Source: Alphaproteobacteria bacterium
GTDB taxonomy: Bacteria; Pseudomonadota; Alphaproteobacteria; SHVV01
Length of the DNA: 64,000 nucleotides
Assembly (NCBI GenBank): GCA_965261735.1
Contig: OZ253470.1
Span: 192,001-256,000, forward strand
Direction of reading: 5' to 3'
The position numbers were made by a program, and so were the translations under genes. Positions 10,783 to 20,715 of this stretch are shown one piece after another; the first letter of the stretch is position 1, and every line of letters starts with the position of its first letter. The notes below the pieces were generated by a model. It was not told where the DNA came from, searched no databases, and saw only the letters and a list, made by a program, of their open reading frames with translations.

Positions 10783-12006
10783 ATGCTACTCGGCCTGCTG
10801 CTCAAGTCGCTCATCAAGGTCGGCACGCTGCGCGTCGTCGACGCCAACGGCAAGGTGCACGCCTTTTCCGGTGCGCCAGGACCCACGGTTACCCTGCGGC
10901 TTGGCGACCGGCGTCTACACCGCTCGCTGTTCTTCGACCCCAATCTCTATGTCGGCGAAGCGTACATGGAGGGCTCGCTCACGATCGAAGACGGCGACGT
11001 TTACGACTTCATGGCGCTGTGCATGATGAATCTCGACATGGGTCAAGGTCATTGGTTGCAAGAGCTTATCGGCGCCGGGCGCCGCCTCGCCAGGCGCCTC
11101 GCCCAGCACAATCCCGTGCCCCGGGCGCAGGCCCACGTCGCTCACCACTACAACCTCTCCGAGACCCTCTACGAGCTCTTCCTCGACAAGGACCGCCAAT
11201 ACTCCTGCGCCTACTTCGAGAAGCCGGGCGACAGTCTCGACCGCGCCCAGGACAACAAGAAGCGCCACATCGCGGCCAAACTGCTGCTGGAGCCGGGCGC
11301 GCGCGTACTCGACATCGGCTGCGGATGGGGCGGGCTCGCGCTCTACCTGGCGCAGGTCTCGGGCGCCGATGTGACGGGCGTTACCTTGTCGAGCGAGCAG
11401 CACAGAGTGGCGCAGGAGCGCGCCGCGGCTGCGGGGCTTTCCGATCGCGTCCATTTTCATCTTCAGGACTACCGCCACGTCACGGGCGCATTCGACCGCA
11501 TCGTCTCGATCGGCATGTTCGAGCATGTGGGGGTCGGCCATTATCGCGAATTCTTCGACACCGTGCGCGATCGGATGAGCGCGGGCGGAGTCGCGCTTCT
11601 CCACTCGATCGGCCGCTCGGACGGACCCGGCGCAACGAATCCATGGATGCGCAAGTACATCTTTCCCGGCGCTTACACGCCGGCGCTGTCGGAGGTGCTG
11701 CCGCGAATCGAGCGCGCCGGGCTCATCGTTACCGACGTCGAAATCCTGCGGCTCCACTACGCCGAGACGCTCAAGGCGTGGCGGGCCAACTTCAAAGCCA
11801 ACCGTGCCCGTATCGCCGCAATCTATGACGAGCGCTTCTGCCGGATGTGGGAGTTCTATCTGGCCGCCAGCGAAGCCGCTTTCCGCCACGGCGGCCTCAT
11901 GGTCTTCCAGATCCAGCTGGCCAAGCGCCAGGACGCGGTCCCCCTGACCCGCGCCTACATCGCGGATTGGGAGCGGCGGCAGGGACAAACCTCGGCCGCC
12001 GCGTAG
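10783..12006 (+). CDS. cfa: cyclopropane-fatty-acyl-phospholipid synthase family methyltransferase
   Basis: HHYNLS, YSCAYF, LDIGCGWG, SIGMFEHVG, KYIFPG, RMWEFYL. Confidence 0.92.
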   Translation: MLLGLLLKSLIKVGTLRVVDANGKVHAFSGAPGPTVTLRLGDRRLHRSLFFDPNLYVGEAYMEGSLTIEDGDVYDFMALCMMNLDMGQGHWLQELIGAGRRLARRLAQHNPVPRAQAHVAHHYNLSETLYELFLDKDRQYSCAYFEKPGDSLDRAQDNKKRHIAAKLLLEPGARVLDIGCGWGGLALYLAQVSGADVTGVTLSSEQHRVAQERAAAAGLSDRVHFHLQDYRHVTGAFDRIVSIGMFEHVGVGHYREFFDTVRDRMSAGGVALLHSIGRSDGPGATNPWMRKYIFPGAYTPALSEVLPRIERAGLIVTDVEILRLHYAETLKAWRANFKANRARIAAIYDERFCRMWEFYLAASEAAFRHGGLMVFQIQLAKRQDAVPLTRAYIADWERRQGQTSAAA

Positions 12007-12014
12007 TCCAACTC

Positions 12015-12139
12015 TTATCCACAACCGCGCCCGCACATGCCGGTGCCGCAGGCCGGGAGCACCTTTCAGGGCCTTTTTGCCCCCCCTGAAGTCCCCTCTG
12101 TCACCGCTATCCACAGCGTGTGAATTCGCGTTGCCCACA
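12015..12139 (+). promoter_or_regulatory. DnaA-box cluster upstream of dnaB
   Basis: TTATCCACA (12015-12023, perfect), CTATCCACA (12107-12115), TTGCCCACA (12131-12139). Confidence 0.6.
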
Positions 12140-12194
12140 AGATTTTGTTGTTGTTCCACTGCTGTTCTCCGCGTCGACATGATATGGTTCGCCC

Positions 12195-13703
12195 ATGGAC
12201 CCCATGGCCTCGGATCTCGGCCCGGCGTACCCGGACGGCGCCGACGGCGCCTCGCTGCAACGCACCATGCCGCACAATCTCGAGGCCGAGGAGGCCCTGC
12301 TCGGCGCCATTCTCGTCAACAACGACGCGGCCCTGCGGGTCTCGTCGTTCCTCGAGCCCGAACATTTCTTCGAGCCGCTCCACGGGCGCATCTTCGCCGC
12401 GGCGATGAAGCTTGTCGGGCGCGGCCACATCGCCACCCCGGTGACGCTGAAGACGTATTTCGAGGGCGAGGATGCGCTCACCGACATCGGTGGCGCCACC
12501 TACCTCGCCCGCCTCGCCGGGGCGGCGACCACCATCATCAACGCCGAGGACTACGGCCGCCTCATCTACGACCTCGCCCTGCGCCGCCACCTCATCGAAA
12601 TCGGCGAGGATATGGTCAACACGGCATTCGATGCCGAGCCCGATCAGACGGCGCTGTCGCAGATCGAGGCCACCGAACAGCAGCTGTTCACGCTCGCCCA
12701 GAAGGGCACGATCGAGAGTGCTTTCCGGCCCCTCTCCGCCGCGCTCGGCGAGGCCATCGAGAACGCCGAGGCCGCGTTCAAGCGAGACGGCCACCTCTCC
12801 GGCATCGCCACCGGGTTTCGCGACCTCGACGACAAGCTCGGCGGCCTCAACCGGTCCGATTTGGTGATTCTGGCCGGTCGGCCGTCGATGGGAAAGACCG
12901 CGCTGGCCACCAACATTGCGCTCAATGCGTCCCGCGCCCACCGCACCGAGACGGGCGAGAATGGCGAGCGCCGCACCGTCGATGGCGCGGCGGTGGCGTT
13001 TTTCTCGCTGGAAATGTCGGGCGAGCAATTGGCGACCCGGCTGCTGGCCGAGGAATCGGGTATCTCGTCGGTCAAGCTGCGCCACGGCAAGATCACCGAC
13101 GACGAATTCGCTGCCGTGGTCGGCGCGAGCCAGGAGCTCGAGCGCCTGCCGCTGTTCATCGACGACACGCCGGCGCTGACCATCGCCGCTCTGACCGCCC
13201 GGGCGCGGCGCCTCAAGCGCACCCACGATATCGACCTTATTATCGTCGACTACCTGCAGCTCCTGAGGCCCGCCCGCCAACGCCGTGACGAAAGCCGCGT
13301 GCTGGAGATCTCCGAGATCACGCAGGGGTTGAAGGCGTTAGCCAAACTACTCGACGTGCCGGTCCTGGCGCTGTCGCAGCTCAACCGTGCCGTCGAGCAG
13401 CGCGAGGACAAGCGGCCCCTGCTCGCCGACCTGCGCGAATCGGGCGCCATCGAGCAGGACGCCGACATCGTCACGTTCATCTATCGCGACGAGTACTACC
13501 TCGAGCGGCGCAAGCCCGCCGACGGCACCGCCGAGTTCGACGACTGGAAAGCCAAGATGGAGGCGATCCACGGCGTGGCCGAGATCATTATCGGCAAGCA
13601 TCGTCACGGCCCGACCGGCACCGTCGAGCTCGCATTCATCGGCGAACTGACGAAGTTCGGCAATCTCGCCAAGGCCGACCGCGTTCCCAATGTCCCGTTC
13701 TAG
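12195..13703 (+). CDS. dnaB: replicative DNA helicase
   Basis: AGRPSMGKT, FFSLEM, DYLQL, LSQLNR, DLRESGAIEQDAD. Confidence 0.98.
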   Translation: MDPMASDLGPAYPDGADGASLQRTMPHNLEAEEALLGAILVNNDAALRVSSFLEPEHFFEPLHGRIFAAAMKLVGRGHIATPVTLKTYFEGEDALTDIGGATYLARLAGAATTIINAEDYGRLIYDLALRRHLIEIGEDMVNTAFDAEPDQTALSQIEATEQQLFTLAQKGTIESAFRPLSAALGEAIENAEAAFKRDGHLSGIATGFRDLDDKLGGLNRSDLVILAGRPSMGKTALATNIALNASRAHRTETGENGERRTVDGAAVAFFSLEMSGEQLATRLLAEESGISSVKLRHGKITDDEFAAVVGASQELERLPLFIDDTPALTIAALTARARRLKRTHDIDLIIVDYLQLLRPARQRRDESRVLEISEITQGLKALAKLLDVPVLALSQLNRAVEQREDKRPLLADLRESGAIEQDADIVTFIYRDEYYLERRKPADGTAEFDDWKAKMEAIHGVAEIIIGKHRHGPTGTVELAFIGELTKFGNLAKADRVPNVPF

Positions 13704-14805
13704 CCGTGCCGGAGCCGTTCTCACCATCGATCTCGGCGCCGTCGCCCGCAATTACCGCACCCTGCGAGACCGGTTGAAGGGCGCCGCGTGCGCCGCTGTC
13801 GTCAAGGCTGACGCTTACGGACTGGGCGCGAGGCGCATCGTGCGCGAGCTCGCCGCGGCTGGGTGCGACACCTTCTTCGTCGCCACGCTCTCCGAGGCGC
13901 AGGGGCTGCGCCGTGCGCTGGAGGCGCGGGAGCCGTTCCGCATCTTCGTCCTCAACGGAGCCCTGCCGGGGCGCGAGCCCGACTTCGTGGCCGCCGGCCT
14001 CGTCCCGGTCCTCAATACGCCCGAGCAGATCTCCGACTGGGGTGCGCTCGCGCGAGCGCGCAAGACTCGGCTGGCGGCGGCGTTGCACCTCGATACCGGC
14101 ATGTCGCGCCTTGGCCTCGGTGGCGCCGAGACCGAAGCGCTGGCCGCAAGCCCGACGGCGCTCGAGGACATCGACGTCGCCCTCGTTCTCAGCCACCTCG
14201 CCTGCGCCGACGAGCCCGCGCATGAGATGAACGCCCTGCAGCTCGCCCGCTTCGACCGGCTGCGCCGCTGGCTGCCGGCGGCGCCGGCGAGTTTGGCCAA
14301 CTCCTCGGGCATCTTCCTCGGCCCCGACTACGAGCTCGACCTGGTGCGCGCCGGGGTCGCCCTGTACGGCGCCAATCCGTGCCCGGGCCATCCCAACCCG
14401 ATGGCGGAAGTGGTTCACCTACAAGCAAAAATCGTTCAGGTCCGCTACGTTGACAGCCCCATGACCGTTGGCTATGGTGCCGCCCATCGCGTCGTTCGGC
14501 CGGGGCGAATCGCAACCGTACCTGTGGGTTACGCCGACGGATGGCCCCGCGCACTCAGTCATCGTGGCGCCGCCTACATAGCGGGTATTCAAGTCCCCCT
14601 CGTGGGTCGAGTTTCGATGGACCTCACGACCTTCGACGTTACCAGCGTGCCGGAGCACCTTAGTCGACCTGGGTGCGCCGTCGAACTGATCGGCGCGAAC
14701 GCACCGATCGATGAGGTAGCTGGCGCCGCTGGCACCATCGCCTACGAAATTCTCACACGCCTCGGGGGCCGTTACCGCCGCGTCTTTGTTGGCGGCCGGA
14801 CCTAG
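13690..14805 (+). CDS. alr: alanine racemase
   Basis: AVVKADAYGLG, DTGMSRLG, GYADG, GRVSMD, GTIAYE. Confidence 0.97.
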   Translation: MSRSSRAGAVLTIDLGAVARNYRTLRDRLKGAACAAVVKADAYGLGARRIVRELAAAGCDTFFVATLSEAQGLRRALEAREPFRIFVLNGALPGREPDFVAAGLVPVLNTPEQISDWGALARARKTRLAAALHLDTGMSRLGLGGAETEALAASPTALEDIDVALVLSHLACADEPAHEMNALQLARFDRLRRWLPAAPASLANSSGIFLGPDYELDLVRAGVALYGANPCPGHPNPMAEVVHLQAKIVQVRYVDSPMTVGYGAAHRVVRPGRIATVPVGYADGWPRALSHRGAAYIAGIQVPLVGRVSMDLTTFDVTSVPEHLSRPGCAVELIGANAPIDEVAGAAGTIAYEILTRLGGRYRRVFVGGRT

Positions 14806-14808
14806 CGC

Positions 14809-15597
14809 ATGACCGACCTCGCCGCCGACTCGCTAGCGCTCATCGGCCGCCTCTTCATCGCCTTTCTCGCGGAGATCGGGCGGCTCGTCCTGTTCGCCGC
14901 GCGCGCGGTGTCGCACTGCGTACGCCCCCCCTTCTATCCCCGCCTGCTAGGGCAGCAGATGCTGACGGTTGGGTACTATTCGCTGCCTGTGGTCGGCCTC
15001 ACCGCCCTGTTCACCGGCATGGTGCTGGCCCTCCAGATCTATACCGGCTCGGCCCGCTTCAACGCCGAGGGCGCGGTCGCAACCATCGTGGTCATCGGCC
15101 TTACGCGGGAATTGGGGCCGGTCCTGGCGGGCCTGATGGTGGCGGGCCGCGTCGGCGGCGCCATCGCGGCGGAAATCGGCACCATGCGCGTGACCGAGCA
15201 GATCGACGCCTTGACCACGCTGTCGACGAGCCCGTTCAAGTACCTAGTGGTACCGCGGCTGATCGCCGGCGCCACCATGCTGCCCCTGCTGGTCTTGGTC
15301 GGCGATATTATCGGCGTCTTCGGCGGCTATCTGGTGGGCACGCAAAAGCTCGGCTTCAACGCCGCGAGCTACCTGCGCAATACGGTCGACTTCCTGGAAC
15401 CGCTCGATGTCATCTCGGGCCTCGTGAAGGCGGCGGTGTTCGGCTTCATCATCACGCTCATGGGATGCTACCAAGGGTTTTACAGCCGTGGCGGGGCGCA
15501 GGGCGTGGGCGCCGCGACGACCAACGCGGTGGTCTCCGCCTCGATCCTGATCCTCGCCGCCAACTACGTTATCACCGAGTTGTTCTTCGCCCGCTAG
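14809..15597 (+). CDS. mlaE: MlaE-family ABC permease
   Basis: RELGPVLAGL..AGRVG..IAAEIGTMRVTEQIDAL. Confidence 0.93.
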   Translation: MTDLAADSLALIGRLFIAFLAEIGRLVLFAARAVSHCVRPPFYPRLLGQQMLTVGYYSLPVVGLTALFTGMVLALQIYTGSARFNAEGAVATIVVIGLTRELGPVLAGLMVAGRVGGAIAAEIGTMRVTEQIDALTTLSTSPFKYLVVPRLIAGATMLPLLVLVGDIIGVFGGYLVGTQKLGFNAASYLRNTVDFLEPLDVISGLVKAAVFGFIITLMGCYQGFYSRGGAQGVGAATTNAVVSASILILAANYVITELFFAR

Positions 15598-15608
15598 GCG
15601 GCAGTGAG

Positions 15609-16382
15609 ATGAGTGCACCGGCGAAAATCTCCCTTCGTGACGTGCACATGGCGTTCGGCTCCAAGGTCGTGCTCGACGGGTTCGACCTCGATGTTCAGGT
15701 CGGCGAATCGCTGGTCGTCATCGGCGGTTCGGGGACGGGCAAGTCGGTGATGTTGAAATGTATCCTCGGGCTCCTCAAGCCGCAGCGCGGCAGCATCAGG
15801 ATCGATGGCGTCGACGTCATCGGCATGCGCGCCGGCGAGCGCGAGCGGAGTTTGGGCAAGATCGGTATGCTGTTCCAGGGGGCAGCCCTGTTCGACAGCC
15901 TTCCGGTCTGGGAGAACGTGGCGTTCGGACTGATTCAGGGCGCGCATATGGGGCGCGAGCAGGCCAGGGACATCGCCATCGCCAAGCTCGGCCTGGTCGG
16001 TCTCTGCGCTGAGGTCGGGGAGCTCGGCCCGGCCGAGCTGTCGGGCGGCATGCGCAAGCGCGTGGCCCTGGCGCGCGCCATCGCCACCGAGCCCGAGATC
16101 ATCTTTTTTGACGAGCCGACGACCGGCCTCGACCCGATCATGGGCGACGTCATCAACGAGCTGATCGTCAATCGGGTCAAGGAGCTCGGTGCGACGACGT
16201 TGTCGATCACCCACGACATGGCGAGCGCGCGCAAGATCGCGGACCGCGTCGCCATGCTATATGGTGGCCGCATTATCTGGGCCGGCGCCGTCGACGAGAT
16301 CGACCGCTCGGGCAGCGCTCATGTCGAGCAGTTCATCCACGGCAGCGCCGAAGGCCCCATCCAGATGGACGTGAGGTCATGA
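15609..16382 (+). CDS. mlaF: MlaF-family ABC ATPase
   Basis: GGSGTGKS, LSGGMRKRVALARA, DEPTTGLDP; ATG 15609. Confidence 0.92.
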   Translation: MSAPAKISLRDVHMAFGSKVVLDGFDLDVQVGESLVVIGGSGTGKSVMLKCILGLLKPQRGSIRIDGVDVIGMRAGERERSLGKIGMLFQGAALFDSLPVWENVAFGLIQGAHMGREQARDIAIAKLGLVGLCAEVGELGPAELSGGMRKRVALARAIATEPEIIFFDEPTTGLDPIMGDVINELIVNRVKELGATTLSITHDMASARKIADRVAMLYGGRIIWAGAVDEIDRSGSAHVEQFIHGSAEGPIQMDVRS

Positions 16383-16411
16383 GCGACGCCGCCGCGCAGG
16401 AGCCACTCTAG

Positions 16412-17797
16412 ATGGCGCGCGCGGAAGCCCGGTACGTGTGCCAGGCGTGCGGCGCGAGCACCGGCAAGTGGGCCGGCCATTGCGATGCCTGCGGCGCCTG
16501 GAACACGATTGTGGAGGAGGCGCCGCGGGACGCGCCGCCGCGCGGACTGGGCCCCGCGCGAGGCCACAGGATCGAGTTGGTGGGGCTCGCCGGCGAGGTC
16601 GAGGCCGCCTCTCACGTGGCCAGCGGAATCAGCGAATTCGACCGCGTGTGCGGTGGCGGACTGGTGCCGGGCTCGGCGCTCCTCGTCGGCGGCGACCCGG
16701 GCATCGGCAAGTCGACCCTGCTGTTGCAGGTCGTCGCCAGCCTCGGAGCGAGCGGCCTCGACTGCGCTTATATTTCGGGTGAGGAGGCCGTCGATCAGGT
16801 GCGGCTGCGGGCGCGCCGGCTCGGGATCGGCGATGCTAGCGTCGTGCTCGCCGCGGCAACCAACGTGCGCGACATCCTGGCCACGCTCGATGTTGGCGCG
16901 ACGCTCCACGCCGTGGTCATCGACTCGATCCAGACCATGTATGTCGATAGTCTCGATTCGGCTCCCGGCACGGTGGCGCAAGTCCGCGCCTGCGCCCAGG
17001 AGCTCATTCGCCTCGCCAAACGGCGCGGCACGACGATGCTGCTCGTCGGCCACGTCACCAAGGAAGGATTGATCGCGGGCCCGCGGGTGCTCGAGCACAT
17101 GGTCGACACGGTCCTGTACTTCGAAGGCGAGCTCGGCCATCAGTTTCGTATCCTACGCACAGTCAAGAACCGCTACGGACCGACGGACGAGATCGGCGTG
17201 TTCGAAATGACGGGCGCCGGCCTGCGCCAGGTCGCCAATCCGTCCGCCCTGTTCCTCAGCGAGCGCTCCGGTACGGAGACGGGCGCCGCGGTATTCGCCG
17301 GGATCGAGGGAACGCGCCCCTTGCTCGTGGAGATCCAGGCCCTGGTCGCGCAGTCGCCCCTCGCGACCCCGCGCCGGGCCGTCGTCGGTTGGGATTCGGC
17401 GAGGCTCGCGCTGGTGCTGGCCGTGCTCGATGCGCGCTGCGGCCTCGGCGTTGCCGGGCGCGACGTCTACCTGAGCGTTGCCGGCGGCCTGAAGATCGCC
17501 GAGCCCGCGGCCGACCTCGCCGTCGCGGCGGCCCTCGTATCGTCGATTTCCGGCGTCCCGGTGCCTAAGGAAACGGTGGTGTTCGGCGAGATCGGCCTCG
17601 CCGGGGAGGTCAGGAGCGTCAGCCAGATCGACACCCGGCTTAAGGAAGCCGCCAAGCTCGGCTTCTCGCGGGCGCTCGGACCGGCGGGGTCGGGCCGGCG
17701 CGAGGCTCCGCTCGAGGTGACCGAAATCGCCCGCCTGTACGAGCTGGTCGAACTCTTCAGCGAGCGCACGGTTGCGGCGCTCCAGCGCTCGTCCTAG
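16412..17797 (+). CDS. radA: DNA repair protein RadA/Sms
   Basis: C4 zinc finger, GDPGIGKST, KNRYG, Lon-like C-terminus. Confidence 0.97.
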   Translation: MARAEARYVCQACGASTGKWAGHCDACGAWNTIVEEAPRDAPPRGLGPARGHRIELVGLAGEVEAASHVASGISEFDRVCGGGLVPGSALLVGGDPGIGKSTLLLQVVASLGASGLDCAYISGEEAVDQVRLRARRLGIGDASVVLAAATNVRDILATLDVGATLHAVVIDSIQTMYVDSLDSAPGTVAQVRACAQELIRLAKRRGTTMLLVGHVTKEGLIAGPRVLEHMVDTVLYFEGELGHQFRILRTVKNRYGPTDEIGVFEMTGAGLRQVANPSALFLSERSGTETGAAVFAGIEGTRPLLVEIQALVAQSPLATPRRAVVGWDSARLALVLAVLDARCGLGVAGRDVYLSVAGGLKIAEPAADLAVAAALVSSISGVPVPKETVVFGEIGLAGEVRSVSQIDTRLKEAAKLGFSRALGPAGSGRREAPLEVTEIARLYELVELFSERTVAALQRSS

Positions 17798-17802
17798 CCG
17801 CC

Positions 17803-18477
17803 ATGGACCCCCTGACCGGCAACGTAACCGACGCCGTGGTCATCGCCATCGTGGTGGTGTCGGGCGCGCTTGCGTTTTCGCGCGGGCTCGTCAGGGAGGT
17901 ACTCGTCGTGGCGGCGTGGATAGGGGCGGCGATGGCGACCCTCTACCTGTTCCCCATCCTAAAGGTATTCCTGCGCGACCTTATCGCGCTGACCCTGATT
18001 GCGGACGGCATCACCGGAGTCGCCATTTTCGTCGTCACGCTGTTTATCCTGTCGCTAATCAGCCACCGAATCGCCTCGCGCGTGCGGCGAACACAGGTGA
18101 GCACGCTCGACCGGTCGCTCGGCTTCGTATTCGGCTTGGCCCGCGGCAGCCTCATCGTGTGCATCGCGTACCTGGCCCTGACATGGTTCGTTCCCGCCAG
18201 CGACCAGCCGGAGTGGGTGCGCGGCGCTCGCGTGGCCCCCCTCGTCCGCTTTGCCAGTGCGCGCCTCCTCGAGCTCGTGCCGGACGACGCCGCGAGCCGA
18301 GGTGGCGCGGTCGCCGAGAGCCTAACGCGCAACGCCAGGCTCACCTCGAGCGCGGCCGAAAGCCTCAGGATTCTGGCGGCACCGCCCGCCTCCGACTCCG
18401 CGCCCGAGGCCGGCTATGGGAGCCTGCAGCGGCGTGCGCTCGACCAATTGATCCGCGCGCAGCAACAGGGCGGCTGA
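17803..18477 (+). CDS. cvpA: CvpA family membrane protein
   Basis: RGLVRE, LDRSLGFVFGLARG; precedes purF. Confidence 0.92.
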   Translation: MDPLTGNVTDAVVIAIVVVSGALAFSRGLVREVLVVAAWIGAAMATLYLFPILKVFLRDLIALTLIADGITGVAIFVVTLFILSLISHRIASRVRRTQVSTLDRSLGFVFGLARGSLIVCIAYLALTWFVPASDQPEWVRGARVAPLVRFASARLLELVPDDAASRGGAVAESLTRNARLTSSAAESLRILAAPPASDSAPEAGYGSLQRRALDQLIRAQQQGG

Positions 18478-18478
18478 T

Positions 18479-19951
18479 TTGCTTTCCCGCCCATGGCTTC
18501 CGGACCCGACCGGCTTGGCGCTCGACAAGCCGCGTGACGAGTGCGGCGTGTTCTGCGTGTTCGCCCACCCCGACGCGGCCGCCCACACCGTGCTCGGCCT
18601 GCACGCCTTGCAGCACCGCGGCCAAGAGGCGGCCGGCATCGTCAGCTTCGACGGCACCCACTTCCATTCCGAGCGCGGGCTCGGACACGTCGCCGACAAT
18701 TTCAGCTCGGCCGAGGTCGTGCAGCGCCTGCGCGGGGCGTCCGCCATCGGGCACGTCCGCTACTCGACCACCGGTGAAACGATCCTACGCAACGTCCAGC
18801 CGCTGTTCGCCGAGTTCGCGTTCGGCGGCCTTGCCGTCGCGCACAATGGCAACTTCACCAACGGCTATGAGGTGCGCCAGCGGCTCGTGGAGCGCGGCTG
18901 CATCTTCCAGTCGACGACTGATACCGAGATCCTCGTCCACCTTATTGCGACGAGTCCGGCGCGCGGCGTGGTCGACCGCATGATCGACGCGCTGCGCCAG
19001 ATCGAGGGCGCCTATTCGCTGGCGGCGATGACCAACGACGCGATCATGGGCGTACGCGATCCGCTGGGGGTGCGCCCCCTCGTGATCGGCAGCCTGGACG
19101 GGGCCACGATCCTCGCGTCAGAGACCTGTGCGCTCGACATCATAGGTGCCACTTACGTGCGCGACGTGGCGGCGGGCGAGCTCGTCGTCATAGACGCCGA
19201 GGGCGTCCATAGTTATCGCCCGTTCCTTCCGGCGGCGCAGCGCTTCTGCGTCTTCGAGTACATCTACTTCGCGCGGCCCGACAGCATCGTCGAGGGCACC
19301 AGCGTCTACGAGGCCCGCAAGCGCATCGGCGCCGAGCTCGCGCGCGAGAGCCACGTTCCCGCCGACGTCGTCATCCCGGTACCGGATTCGGGAACGCCCG
19401 CGGCCATCGGCTACGCTGCCGAGGCTGGCGTTCCCTTCGAGCTCGGCATCATCCGCAACCACTATGTGGGGCGTACGTTTATCGAGCCGGGCGAGCAGAT
19501 CCGCCATCTCGGGGTCAAGCTCAAGCACAACGCCAACCTGGCGGAAATCGAGGGCAAGAGGATCATCCTCGTCGACGACAGCATCGTCCGCGGCACGACC
19601 TCGACCAAGATCGTCGAGATGGTGCGCAAGGCCGGCGCCCGCGAGGTGCACATGCGCATCGCCAGCCCGCCGACGACCCACTCGTGCTACTACGGGGTCG
19701 ACACCCCCGACCGGAGCCAGCTCCTCGCCGCCAACCACGACGTCGCCAGCATGCGCGAATTCATCGGCGTCGATAGCCTGGAATTCATCTCGATAGACGG
19801 GCTCTACCGGGCGATGGACCAAACCGGCCGCGATCCCGTCCAACCCCACTTCTGCGATGCGTGCTTCACCGGCGATTATCCGACCCCGCTCACCGACCTC
19901 CAGAATGGGCCCCAACCGGCACAGCTTTCCCTGCTTTCCGAGCACGGGTAG
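18479..19951 (+). CDS. purF: amidophosphoribosyltransferase
   Basis: ECGVF, LQHRGQE, GHVRYST, VDDSIVRGTT. Confidence 0.97.
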   Translation: MLSRPWLPDPTGLALDKPRDECGVFCVFAHPDAAAHTVLGLHALQHRGQEAAGIVSFDGTHFHSERGLGHVADNFSSAEVVQRLRGASAIGHVRYSTTGETILRNVQPLFAEFAFGGLAVAHNGNFTNGYEVRQRLVERGCIFQSTTDTEILVHLIATSPARGVVDRMIDALRQIEGAYSLAAMTNDAIMGVRDPLGVRPLVIGSLDGATILASETCALDIIGATYVRDVAAGELVVIDAEGVHSYRPFLPAAQRFCVFEYIYFARPDSIVEGTSVYEARKRIGAELARESHVPADVVIPVPDSGTPAAIGYAAEAGVPFELGIIRNHYVGRTFIEPGEQIRHLGVKLKHNANLAEIEGKRIILVDDSIVRGTTSTKIVEMVRKAGAREVHMRIASPPTTHSCYYGVDTPDRSQLLAANHDVASMREFIGVDSLEFISIDGLYRAMDQTGRDPVQPHFCDACFTGDYPTPLTDLQNGPQPAQLSLLSEHG

Positions 19952-19978
19952 CGGCCGGAACGCGGCCGCCCCATCCTC

Positions 19979-20695
19979 GTGGCCGGGCCTCCTGGCAAGC
20001 GCCTCGATCAGCGCATCGCGCTCATCACGGGGGCCTCGCGCGGTATTGGCGCCGCGATCGCGAGCCGCTTTGCCGCGGAAGGCGCGCGCCTGATCCTTAC
20101 CGCGCGCACCACCGGTGGTCTCGAGGAGGTCGACGATGCGGTGCGCCGGGCCGGATCGAGCGCGACCCTGGTGCCCTTCGATCTCGCCGAGGCCGAGGCC
20201 ATCGACCGGCTCGGCCACTCCGTCGCCGAGCGCTTCGGGCGGCTCGACGTCCTGGTCGGCAACGCCGCCGCCCTCGGGCGGTTAGGACCGCTCGGCCACC
20301 TGCCGCCAGAGCAATGGGAACAGGTTCTCGCCGTCAACCTCACGGCCAACTGGCGCCTGATACGAGCGTGCGATCCGCTGTTGCGCCTGTCCGACGCGGG
20401 CCGCGCGATCTTCGTCACCTCCGGCGTGACGCGCGCCCCGAGCGCCTATTGGGGCGCCTATGCGACAACCAAGGCGGCACTCGAGAGCATGGTCAAAACC
20501 TACGCCGCCGAGATCGCCAAGACGAAGGTGCGCGCGAACCTGCTCGATCCGGGAATCGTGCGTACGCGCCTGCGCGCCGAGGCCTTCCCGGGCGAGGACG
20601 AATCGCGCCTGGCGGCACCGGAGAGCGTCACCGAGGCTTTCGTCACCCTCGCCGAGCCGGCGTTCACCGGCAATGGCGAGATTGTTCGGGCGTAG
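19979..20695 (+). CDS. SDR family oxidoreductase
   Basis: TGASRGIG, YATTK catalytic motif. Confidence 0.9.
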   Translation: MAGPPGKRLDQRIALITGASRGIGAAIASRFAAEGARLILTARTTGGLEEVDDAVRRAGSSATLVPFDLAEAEAIDRLGHSVAERFGRLDVLVGNAAALGRLGPLGHLPPEQWEQVLAVNLTANWRLIRACDPLLRLSDAGRAIFVTSGVTRAPSAYWGAYATTKAALESMVKTYAAEIAKTKVRANLLDPGIVRTRLRAEAFPGEDESRLAAPESVTEAFVTLAEPAFTGNGEIVRA

Positions 20696-20715
20696 CCGCG
20701 ACGCCTCGCGGTTCT

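Noticed and set aside
10783-12006. cfa between rplI and dnaB as a foreign insertion
   Set aside because: Host-like composition; arrangement is common in Alphaproteobacteria
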